From NCBI GenBank assembly GCA_965153285.1, contig OZ229114.1: 64,000 bases of DNA, one strand, 5' to 3'. The translations under genes and the position numbers were made by a program. The stretch's first letter is position 1; every line of letters begins with the position of its first letter. Source of the DNA: Podarcis tiliguerta. Lineage: Eukaryota. The notes below the pieces were generated by a model. That model saw only the letters and a program-made list of their open reading frames with translations. It was not told where the DNA came from and did no database searches. Below are positions 39,863 to 51,013 of the stretch, piece after piece.

Positions 39863-40370
39863 TAAAGACATACAAACCTGGATAACCAGCTGCCAAGTTT
39901 GTGCTTGACATCAGTCAATACCAGTAGTGACATGCATTATGACAGAATCACCAGTTCATCCATAGCAAACCCTGGTAGTTTATTTATTTCTTTACCTGGA
40001 AGGACTCTGTTTACTTTGTTATTGATTGATTACCATTCCTGCTACCTGGAGCACCACTGCAGAAGGACTTATTACCACTTTAAAGTGCATATTTGCTCAT
40101 CATGGCATACCTTCTATTTTGAGAACAGATAATAGGCCAGAATTTTCTGCCAAGCTGCTTTGCAATTGACTTTGATTTTCAACATATCATCATCAGTCAA
40201 GAGTTCTCTTGAAGTAGTGGGAAAACAAAACAGGTAATTCATGCAGTAAAGAACCTGCTGCAAAATAATGAAGAAATACGCACAGTTCTCCTGATATGCT
40301 GCTCAGCCCCACTGGTTGGAATCCTGCACAGCTGCTTGTGAATCAGTAGCACCATAGATCCTAGCAAACT
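39863..40370 (+). mobile_element. Gypsy/Ty3 LTR-retrotransposon integrase relic
   Basis: KDIQTWITSCQVC (HHCC zinc-binding end), LKCIFAHHGIPSILRTDNRPEF (D..NG.F core), FQHIIIS, AVKNLL and NPAQLL, with multiple stops and frameshifts. Confidence 0.8.
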
Positions 40371-41487
40371 TGGCAGCCCTTACTGCTCATTCAGTTTGAT
40401 ACTTGTGGACATTGAATTAAATTAAGTTTCAGTAAAAGGATTGTCAGAGACAGTTTCAATATCAGACATGGAATCAGGACTATATTGCCCATTGTCTTGG
40501 TCAAAGCAATTTCTAATAATGCACCCGGGAAACAGAGAGAATTGAGGAAGTATACTGCAGCCACAGCCCATTCTCAAAGGCATTTTATACTTTAATTTTA
40601 TGCATCAATTTAGCTGGCCTGTCAAAGCTATTTCCTAGGGTGTGGCTGCTGTCACATGCTGACAGCTTCTAGGAGTTACAGAGAGCTGAGTGTATGCTGG
40701 GGACCAAAGGTGGACAAACTACCTCAGAAAGAGCAGTATGTGTCCCCCACCTGAGGTCACCAGAGGATACTACCCCTCAATTAACACCCCATACACCCCA
40801 AGTACCAATCTAGTGACTAGTGAGCACCTCAGGGCTTTATTTGGATTGAGGTTGCCTATTATGAGTGAAACTGGAAAGCACTTGGGGAATGGTTCGTTTT
40901 TTCTCCTGAGAATTCTAAATTTTCTCATAATTTCTGGTCCCGATTCATGAAACCTCCAGTTCCCTTGCTTGTGACCCCCCCCCAAAAAAATCTGTTACCT
41001 GGTGACTGTTACTTCTTCAGTAGCAATGACAATCCTCTCCCTCCCATCTCTCCCCCCCCCACCCCCATTCACCCCTGGTCATAGGCAGAAACAACAGGAG
41101 GGCTCCCTTATCCCACACCACCCATAGAAGTGTTATGCCATATTACATGTGCCAGCAGCCCCAGGACATATAATTTTCTCTGTGTTCCACACTATCAGGC
41201 AACAGAAGGAAACTGTAGCAGACAGTAACAGTGGCACAGATGCCAGTGAAGGAGAGGGGGGAGAAACAGGAAGATCCTCCTTTTATCCCTACCACAGACT
41301 TCACCACATTAGCAGTCAGTTAAATGTGTGGGTAAGAGGGGACAGAGAGTTTTTCCTCTCAGATTAAAATACAAATGGAGAGAATGCAGGGGCCATAACA
41401 CACACCTCCATATTGAAACGAAGCATCATGAGTTGTCAAGGAATTATGGACTCTAGTAATACTGCCCTTTTGCTATTTGCATAATTA

Positions 41488-41513
41488 CACCCACCCACCC
41501 ACCCACCCACCCC
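41488..41513 (+). repeat. (CACC)n microsatellite
   Basis: Direct reading of the sequence. Confidence 0.9.
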
Positions 41514-42063
41514 AGGACTACTGGCAAAAATTCCAATTCTGCTGAATTAAGCCTAGCAGCCAACAGAACCTGCTCACCTATCCTAAGACCTGAGAAAGTG
41601 CAAGGTCACTGGAGGAAAAAGTTCAGACTGGTAAACTGCCCTCCATCTGAGCTTCCCAGTGGTACATGATCAGCATGTCAGGTGTTTGTGCACTTTTGCA
41701 GTGGGGAGCTGTTTGACTTGCACACACTGAGGACTCAGCAGAAGCAAAAGAGAGAAGGGGATTTTGCTTGGAGAAAGACCCTATCCTATTTGAGACTAGA
41801 ACACTGCAAGGGTTGCTGGCAAGACTTGGCACAAAATCAATCTAATTGTAAGAGTTCAGGACCCTGGTCAGCTCTCTGCAGAGCGAGTATCTGAGGTTGG
41901 ATACAAGGCAACTTAGAGCAGCAAGCTGGAAACATTGCTTCAGCAATTGTCTTATGTCTTTTGAGTTTAACAATCCTGCAGTTACAGAGCTCTTCCCTGC
42001 CCTCTAAGGGAAGCAGTTGCAAACTAGGGGCTGTGCCCCATTGTACCAGCTTTAACTCTAGAG

Positions 42064-42301
42064 TGGGTAGGCAACCTAAGGCCCGGGGGCCGGATGTGGC
42101 CCAATTGCCTTCTCAATGTGGCCTGCGGACGGTCCAGGAATTTACATGAGTAGAATGTGTGCTTTTATTTAAAATGCATCTCTGGGTTATTTGTGGGGCA
42201 TAGGAATTCATTCATTTTCTATCTCAAAATATAATCCGGCCCACCATATGGTCTGAGGGACGGTGGACCGGCCCACAGCTGAAAAAGGTTGCTGACCCCT
42301 G
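42064..42301. mobile_element. hAT/Charlie-like MITE
   Basis: Ends gggtaggcaacct / aggttgctgacccctg. Perfect 8-bp TSD ctctagag at 42056-42063 and 42302-42309. Confidence 0.85.
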
Positions 42302-44264
42302 CTCTAGAGCACTGTGGAGGGGAGGTCTCAACAAGCTCAGGGAAACCCAGATGTTTGCAGAAATACAAACAACAACATAGTATAAAACCCTCCCCCCTCC
42401 CAAAACAAACAATCAATCGAGAAACCACCCAAGGAGGGTGAACATGCTTAGTGGACAAGGATGTTGACAGTCTTCTGGAACGTAAAATTGGAAAACCATG
42501 GAGGAAGTAGAATGGAGTACAGCATATTGCAAGAAGGCATAGATTAATGGCTGAAACACAGGGCAGGAGTGTTCCACATTGTAATCTTTTTTTTGAAAGT
42601 CTCTTTGTTAGACTTCCTGCTGACAGATTTTAATTGCTATGGTGATCAGAGAGAATGAAAGATAGCAAAGGCAACTTGATGTCTGAAGACTTGCAGCCAA
42701 TTTAATTGATAATCATAGAGTCATAGAAGTATAGTTGGAATCATAGTTGGAAGAGATACGTGGCCCAGTTGAATTTAATTTCCTTATATTGCAATTTTGT
42801 GACTCTGAATATGGAAGCCTCTAATGAATAAAACTGTATCAGGATCAATTAGCACATAATCCTCCATTTCCTAGTTTAAAAGGAGTGAATGAGTGCATGT
42901 ATTTGAGGAAACTTGCAGTCGTGCAATAGGTGTGGGAAGCTCTAATTGCCCTGAGTCGATCTGTCAGGTCATCAGCATCAATCAATTCTAACCTTTTTGT
43001 GCTCCCTTTCTCACTGGTGCAGATATTCTCACACAGAAGGGAACCCAATAATGAACTAGCTCAACAGTCTGATTTTAATGCAGGATTGTGGAATGCTCCC
43101 AGCCTGGGGATCCTTAGTGGAGAGAGATGAAATATAAAATGCCCTGCAGGACATGCAGAATGGATTTGCAGAGTCTGTGAAATCCTGAGAGGATCAAGGA
43201 CAATCTTTATTATTATAATTCATTGTTTTCTGAGCTCATGGGCTGGTTGGAACTAGCAGAAAGTGCTATATTTTTCAGTCATGCAGTAAGCCCCCAGATA
43301 TTTTAAAAACCACTTAATTTAGAATATCCAATAACACCACAGTTCTTGCACAGAATGAAGGCATTGGGGAAAGAAGTCCCTTATGCTAGCTATATATTTT
43401 TTCCTAGGAACAGCCTGTCAAAATCAATCACAATTTAGTAAAGACACTTCTCCAAATCAGAATAAATGAAAAATGACCAGCCCGAGGTGTCAGGCGAAAG
43501 GAAACGTAATTTTGAATATGTATCGGTATTATTCATAGAGCTGAGACAGGACTGGTTTTTCTAATTCAACTAATTCACACACATACACACACAAAGGCTG
43601 ACCCCTATGGACAATGTTCCCTTCTATTCCTGAACAGGAGGTTAACTCTTTCTTCTCCCATTTTTCCCCTGGAAAGGGTTGCAACAAAATAACTATAACA
43701 GCGTCCAAGCTTCCATGTTTTTTCACTCTTTGAGAACTGAGATTGTTTGTTAAACATAACTGAGGCTTTTCCAAATTTGATCTCTTTGGAGAAGCTGAAT
43801 TACATCCCATCATAATATGAGCAATATAGGAGAAATGTGATAGAGATGCTCAGGATTCTGATAGAAGAGTCCTTGGTGTTCTCACTGAAGGTAAGAAAAG
43901 AGCTTCCACAATTGCCTGAATGGTTCCTTGTGTTGCAGCATCTAGAACCCAGTGTTTCTGTTTTGGGGAAAGATTTGACATCTCTGGCTTAATACTTGGA
44001 AATGAGCATCAAGCCTGGACACTCCTTGCCTCTTCCTTCCTCCTATTGCAGGCAAGCTGTGGAACTTCATTCCTGGTCCCTTTTTAAACCACAGTTGCCC
44101 ATTAATATATGGAGTGCTTCAGTGTTTTCCTAATCAGGGTCAAATCATGGATCAGGATCATAGTTAATAAACTGACATTAAACCTCAGTTCCCCATTAAG
44201 CCACTTTTGAACTGTGAGGGTTTCCCTTGCATTTGGCCTGGAAACTGGAGCTAGTACAAATGCT

Positions 44265-44869
44265 GCATTGCAGTTGCTAGCATGAGTGAGATCCTGTCGG
44301 CTTATAACACCCCTGCTCATACATGTGCACTGGCTGCCAATTTCTTACTGGACCAAGTTCAAGGTGCTACTATTAGTATATTAAGCCCTTAACATCTTGG
44401 TGCCTGTTTCCTTGGCAGATTGTCTTATATACCCATTTGACTACTATATGTAGAACTGGCACTTTTACAAGTTTTGGATAATGTTTGTCCTGTATTTGTG
44501 GGGTGTTAGGGGAGGCGATTTGTAAAGAACTGATCTTATAGCGTGGCTGCTCCTACACTCTGGAACTCCCTGCCCATTGACACAAGGAAGGTGCCTTCTA
44601 TATAATCTTTTGGTGCCTGCTAAACAACTTTTCTGTTTTGGCAAGCCTACCCAGACACATAAAGTTGATGTGTATCTTAATCTGTATTTTAAGTTTAAAA
44701 TGTATACATTTAACTCTTGATTTTATTTAATTTACTTTTTATAAACTTGTTTTTAATGCTGGATTTTATAGGCATTCTAAATGTATATTTTATATTATTT
44801 GCAAACTGCTTAGAGGCTTTATTTGTAGTTAAGCAGTATACATTTTTTGTTAAATAAATAAATTAAATA
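44265..44869 (+). mobile_element. L2-type LINE 3' fragment
   Basis: ITPLLIHVHWLPISYWTKFKVLLLVY and SVAAPTLWNSLP motifs, then an AT-rich 3'UTR and aataaa tail. Confidence 0.85.
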
Positions 44870-47800
44870 AGTGGAGAGCAATGTACTTGGGGACAGGGAG
44901 TGCTGCCACCAATTCTTCCTTTCCTCACCCTTGCTATGCTATCCTCAAGCCTTTTCTTCTCCCATATTATTTACATTGTGAGTCCACCAAGCAGAGATCT
45001 TCTGTGCTCTGGATGATGCCTAGCATGCTATTGAAGAGCTAAGTATAGGTTCAGTAATAACACAGTGGTGTGTGAATCAAGAAGCATGGGCAGCCATTTT
45101 GCTGCTTCTTTCTGAAACACCCTCATAATAAATGCCTTTGTAACAATACTTTTGGCAAGAGTAATTGTTACTGTTCTATATCACCCATAAACACACGGTT
45201 TTTATTTCCATGGCAGATAAAGAGCATTGAAGTTTCATTGAAAATACACAGTTGATGTATTTGTGCTATCTTCAGTGAAATTCCAGTGTTTCTTTTTTTG
45301 GGTGATAAACGGCCTTCAATCTTTTTGGTGTAAATTTACTCACTTGTGGCTATATCGGTAACACCCACTGAAATAAATTTGTTATTTACCAGTGAAATAT
45401 TGCAGTGATACCTTCATGCTGAGCTTCACAAAAAAGCAAAGTGCTCTGGTTGAAATTCCTATTCCTGTACAGACAGAGAAGTCTGCCTACATGCTCACTT
45501 AAGATCTGCTGATCATCCTGTTGTCAGTGGTGATTTTTAGAACAGTTGTTTAAGATAGCTATATTTTGTCCTCTCATTTATTGACTTTTGACTTTTGACA
45601 ATGTACAACAAACATAAATATATTGCACAAACATCTATGTCACCCTTCCCCAACCTGGTTCCTTCCAGAAGTTCTCATTAGCTCCAACCAACATAGATTT
45701 TCTGGATGGGACTGATGGGAGTTATAGCCAGAATATTGGAAGGGGAAGGCTGCTTTTTGCAATGTACTCATACTGCTGTCACTGTTTTATCATATAGATT
45801 ACCAGTGTTATTTTTCTAGAGAAAGAGGTGCTGGAACTCACCTTGTTCTCTTATAATGGCAATGATGTCCACCTGAGAGGTGCTGGAACCAAGTTCCAGC
45901 CTAAGAAAAGCCCTGTAGACTACTAATGATGTTTTGTGGGGTATTCTAAAAAAAAGAAAGTGCTTCGTAATTAAGCCTTCATATATTGTACAGTATGCTG
46001 TGCTACTAAGCAAAAAGCTTGACCCATCTCATATTCTTGCTTAGTTAAACTAATGAAGTTTTATAGTCTTTGAATCTATTGTGTAGATAGAGATTGAAGA
46101 GCCAAAAGGAATAGTGCTCAGTAATGATAATCACTCCATAGCTCTCTGGTGCACCTTAATTAACCTTGGTTGCTATTCGCTGAATGCTGTTGCTTTGTAA
46201 TACAGTAAGTGGTGACACTTAGCAATTTATAGTGTGTCTTATGGATGGTATGGAAAAGATGCTAATGCTGGAGTAACTAACATCCATTCTGATCTGGTTT
46301 ATCATTGATCTCAGGAGTATTACAGTAATGGATAAGAGGGGAAGAACTCATCAAAAGTTACGGTACTTGTCAATCATAACATGCATTTTTTTTAAAAAAA
46401 AAGTATTGCACTGGTTCAGCTAGGGTTGAACTTCTGTCCAGATGTCTAGAAAACACTGGTGACTGGAAAGACAATTATTCAGAGGCTCCCCTGTTTCCAT
46501 TGATTTGCTGCTAAGGTCATGAGTAAGTGATGGGGCAGGAGAGTTAAAAATGGGGGGGGGGGACCTCTACCTCCTGTTTACTTTTGAATATATCAGAGGT
46601 AGAAGCAGTTGGAACAACAGGACATATCATTTCCAGCTGCCCCACTGATCTCCCAGGCTCAGTGGCATTTGGCGGGAGTGGGGGGGATAGTGCACCATTT
46701 TTACAAGATAGGTACATGTTTGCAGGAATAGTTTGCTTGTTGCAGGATATTTGGTTTGTATCTTTTTAAAGCCTATATGATTACTATCCTCCTCCCTCTC
46801 CACAGTTCATAGTTTCATTATACTTCTGTTCTTTTATTCACCTACACATATACAGTATATATCCTCGCCATTACACAACAACTGACTGATGAGTATTTGT
46901 ATTTTGAAGGACATTTGATACCATACATTTTATTTCTCCTTTGCATATGTGGTATAATTATAACATCTCTCTACTATTCACTCCATCTCAGTGCTTATCA
47001 TGTGAAAGGACTGAAGAGTTTTGAATATGAATTTTTGAATTTATTATGAGATAATTATATGTGTTGAATACAATAAGCAGAGAATTGGAGCTTATGAAGG
47101 CAAAGGTTCTGCTTTGCACACAGATTGCTCCAGCAGGAAGTCTGTGATGGAAATGGAAAAGAGGTACTTAAAATATCAATGGTAGTTCTTTTTACATGGC
47201 TTCCATTTTTTAGTTCCACTTAGATGCAAACAGTTGCATTCATTTGAATTTGCTTTGAAAGTGTAGTGTTTATTGAGTTAAGCATTGACCTAAATAGTAC
47301 AGTGATCTGAGAAACAAGCATGGTTCTTATAAGTTGATGACCTTTTTGATTCACCTAAGGATTGAAATCTCTGATGAGCATATGCATATGAAGTGGAATT
47401 CAAGAGCCCATACTAGACTATATCTATATTATTATTTTTTGCTGCTTTCAGTTTATAAAATAATGGCTAAATAATACATTGTCACAGATGTCCCAAAGAC
47501 ACAGCAACAATCTGGTTGCAGAATTCCTGTTTGAGATAAAAGATAACTCTTTGGAATTCAGCATAGCACTAAGGAAATCATTCCATCAGTGCAGACATTT
47601 ATGCATGCCTGATGGAACAATCTCTACTTTTCTTCCCCCTACACATGTACTTGGGGTTTCTCCCAATGCTCCAGAGTTGAAGGAGGTTGGGAGTACTTGC
47701 TCTGGTTTCTGCTAACATAAGCAGAATTTTTAGTAAGTACAAATCCAGTTGTAATTTCAGTATTTAGTTTTGTGGGACAAATTTACATAATTTTTGGGAA

Positions 47801-48059
47801 ATTACAGATAACATGTCTGGTGTTTTTATCAGTGCTGGTCATTGTCTTTGGAATATAGAAACAGATACTCATGATCCCTTCCAACTCTACAATTCTATCG
47901 TTCTGTTATCCAGAAAGTTGATACCTAGGTGTCCTATCTGGCCCTTGAGACTCTCCCCAGGTTACACACACCTCTCCATCCCTGCGCTATGTAGTCTTTG
48001 ATTTCTGCATATGTTGCTGAACTTCAACTTCCACCATCCCAGGCCATTGACCATGCTTA

Positions 48060-48417
48060 AAGGTAAAGGTACCCCTGCCCGTACGGGCCAGTCTTGACAG
48101 ACTCTAGGGTTGTGCGCCCATCTCACTCAAGAGGCCGGGGGCCAGCGCTGTCCGGAGACACTTCCGGGTCACGTGGCCAGCGTGACAAAGCTGCATCTGG
48201 TGAGCCAGCGCAGCACACGGAAACGCCGTTTACCTTCCCGCCAGTAAGCGGTTCCTATTTATCTACTTGCACCTGGGGGTGCTTTCGAACTGCTAGGTTG
48301 GCAGGTGCTGGGACCAAGCAACGGGAGCGCACCCCGCCGCGGGGATTCGAACCGCTGACCTTTCAATCGGCAAGCCCTAGGCGCTGAGGCTTTTACCCAC
48401 AGCGCCACCTGCGTCCC
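48060..48417 (-). mobile_element. Sauria-type SINE, subfamily B, full length (young)
   Basis: 13-bp TSD ttgaccatgctta at 48047-48059 and 48418-48430. Near-identical to the 23535 and 38565 copies. Confidence 0.94.
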
Positions 48418-48572
48418 TTGACCATGCTTAGTGGGGCTTTAATTATTTTTTGCTGATGTTTAATTTTACTCTTTACTCTTAGATTTTAATGGATTATTGA
48501 ATATTGCTTTATTTGATATGTTGTTTATTTCAAAATTATTGTGACTTTCTATATTGGATCAGATTGCTACTA

Positions 48573-48814
48573 CAGTGGTACCTCGGGTTAAGTACTTCAT
48601 TCATTCCGGAGGTCCGTACTTAACCTGAAACTGTTCTTAACCTGAAGCACGACTTTAGCTAATGGGGTCTCCTGCTGCTGCCGCGCCGCAGGAGCCCGAT
48701 TTCTGTTCTCATCCTGAAGCAAAGTTCTTAACCTGAAGCACTATTTCTGGGTTAGCAGAGTCTTTAACCTGAAGCGTATGTAACCTGAAGCATATGTAAG
48801 CTGAGGTACCACTG
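48573..48814. mobile_element. 242-bp Tigger/pogo-like MITE
   Basis: TA-cagtggtacctcggg ... ctgaggtaccactg-TA, with internal taacctgaa repeats. A same-length sister copy is at 57153-57394. Confidence 0.92.
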
Positions 48815-48816
48815 TA

Positions 48817-48901
48817 TTAATGTTTGATTTTTAATTATGTTTTTATATTTGTTGGAAGCAACCTAGAGTGACTGGGGCAGCCCAGCCAGATGGGTGGGGT
48901 T

Positions 48902-48945
<44 letters not shown>
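48817..48945 (+). repeat. LINE (probably L2) 3' tail ending in (AAT)14 (48904-48945)
   Basis: gttggaagc.acc.agagtg.ctgggg.agcccagccagatggg.ggggt followed by (aat)n. The reverse complement is seen at 62017-62544 and ~7600-7715. Confidence 0.7.
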
Positions 48946-50359
48946 TCAGCAACATCTGCAGGACCAAAGATTTCCTACACCTGCACCAGAGCCAGGCTTG
49001 TCATTCTCACTCCTAATGTAGGAGTGAGAAGCTTTGACCTGCTGTTCCAGATGCTGTTCCAGATGCAGCAGCCACTAGAGACCAATACTGGGAGGAGATT
49101 GCTGTGGCTGAAGGAATTAGTGCTGGCACCTGGCTCTCCAAACTGAAGTTCCTCTTGTGTTCTACCTCAACCAGATATATAAAAACGCATATTGGCAGAG
49201 GGAGCAGGGAAGAGATGGCTAAAATAAGTTGACTTGCTAACATATAGTCAGCAATAAACTGGATCACCTTTTCTGCCTCTGTAAGGTAGGGAATGAGGAG
49301 GGTGCTTTAGCTAATTTGCCTGCACTGGGGCAATACATTCAAAAGAGAGCAGATGTACCTTAAAAACATTATGCAGTTATTCTCTCAAATCAAAATTCTC
49401 TCATGGCTCCACTTTTAAGCAAGCCAAAGTGTAATCTGTGTTCAGATTATTTTGTTTCCTGATGCCACTAATGCTTCTGAAGTCAAGGCTCTCAACTTTA
49501 TATTTCACACACATTCCCTCTGGTCCACCCCACATTATGAAAATAATTAGATAAAAGCTTCAGTTCTCGATAAAATCCACCTAACCAACTCCAGCTCCTC
49601 CATTACTAAAGTGAGCTGCAAGCTACATCCTGCCTACATCCTGATTAATCCATTTAATCACAACCTTTATTACAGAAGAACGAAGATGAACAAGTAAAGA
49701 TTTCCTAGTTTCAGGATGCCTGAGAGATATATTTCAATACCAGTTAGAAATGTCAATCAACCTACAGTTAACAGGCATGGCAGATGGTTCACTGTGTAAA
49801 CAAAGACATTTAAAAGTTGTATTGACCTATGAAATGTCATATTAACATTATAGTATGCATGTCTCCATCTTGCATAGAAATTTACATGATTGAAGATTGG
49901 TGATTGCTTTTTTACCGTATTAAGAAAATGTATATTAGGACATCCAGATGATTCAGACATTACAGCAGAGGAGCAATATGCCATATTATATTATGCAGAT
50001 GTGTTATATTTAAACAGGCAAGGCATTTTCAGGCTGACCTTTTTGTTTGGAATGTACTTAGTTCGCTCCGTATGATAGTTGTCTCCGGCAGTGACTCATT
50101 AAAACCTATGAATTATGTCACTAGATCAGCCAAGATAAACTTTCCCCAACCTGGTGCTCTCTAGCTGTTTTGGATTACAACTCCCATCAGTCATGACCAA
50201 TGTCAGGGATGATGGGCGCTGTAGTCAAAAGCATCTGGTGGGCATCAGGTTGGGGAGGGCTGGCCTAGGCCATGCAAGAGTTATGATTAATTGTGCAGAG
50301 AGGAATGGTCCACAGGAAAAATTCACACCTTCTCAGATAAAAAATTATTTCAAAGCAAG

Positions 50360-51013
50360 AAAGATTCCAGTAGCAGCGTCTCCGAAAATTTTTACACATC
50401 ACCTGGGAAGACAGGTGAACTAATGCCAGTGTACTGGAAGAAGCAAAGATCACCAGTGTTGAAGCAATGATTCTTCAACATAAACTTCGTTGGACTGGTC
50501 ATGTTGTGCAGATGCCTGATAATCGTCTTCCAAAGCATTTAAAATTTGATGCCTGATTATCGTCTTCCAAAGCATTTAAAATTTGATGCCTGATTATCGT
50601 CTTCCAAATCAAATACTCTATTCTAAACTTAAAAATGGTAAGTGTGATGCTGGTGGTCAACAAAATAGGTTCAAAGACTCTCTCAAGGCAAATCTTAAAA
50701 AATGTAGTATGAACACTGACAAGTGGAAAACACTAGCCTGTAAAGTGCTCCAATTGGAGAACAGGTTTTACCAAAAGTGTCATGGATTTTGAAGACACTT
50801 GAACTCAGGACGGAAGGGAGAAATGTGCCAAGAGAACGGCATGCTTGGCAAACCCTCACCGTGATCAACTCCCGCCTGGAAACCTATGTCCCCACTGTGG
50901 AAGGACATGTGGATCCAGAATTGGGCTCCACAGTCACTCATGGACTCACTTTTAAAACCATGTTTATGGAAGACAATCTTACTCGGCTACAAGTGATCGC
51001 CAAAGAAGAAAGA
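50360..51013 (+). mobile_element. RTE-clade LINE 3' fragment with (GAA)n tail
   Basis: ITWEDR*TNASVLEEAKITSVEAMILQHKLRWTGHVVQMPD.RLPK..ILYSKLKNGKCDAGGQQNRFKDSLKANLKKC, then a CPHCGRTCGSRIGLHSH finger. Ends aaagaagaagat. Confidence 0.9.

Noticed and set aside
48868-49146. ORF with poly-Asn
   Set aside because: It is an (AAT)n microsatellite read in frame.
50511-50608. CRISPR-like 37-bp periodic repeat
   Set aside because: Head-to-tail tandem duplication without unique spacers, in vertebrate DNA with no cas genes.
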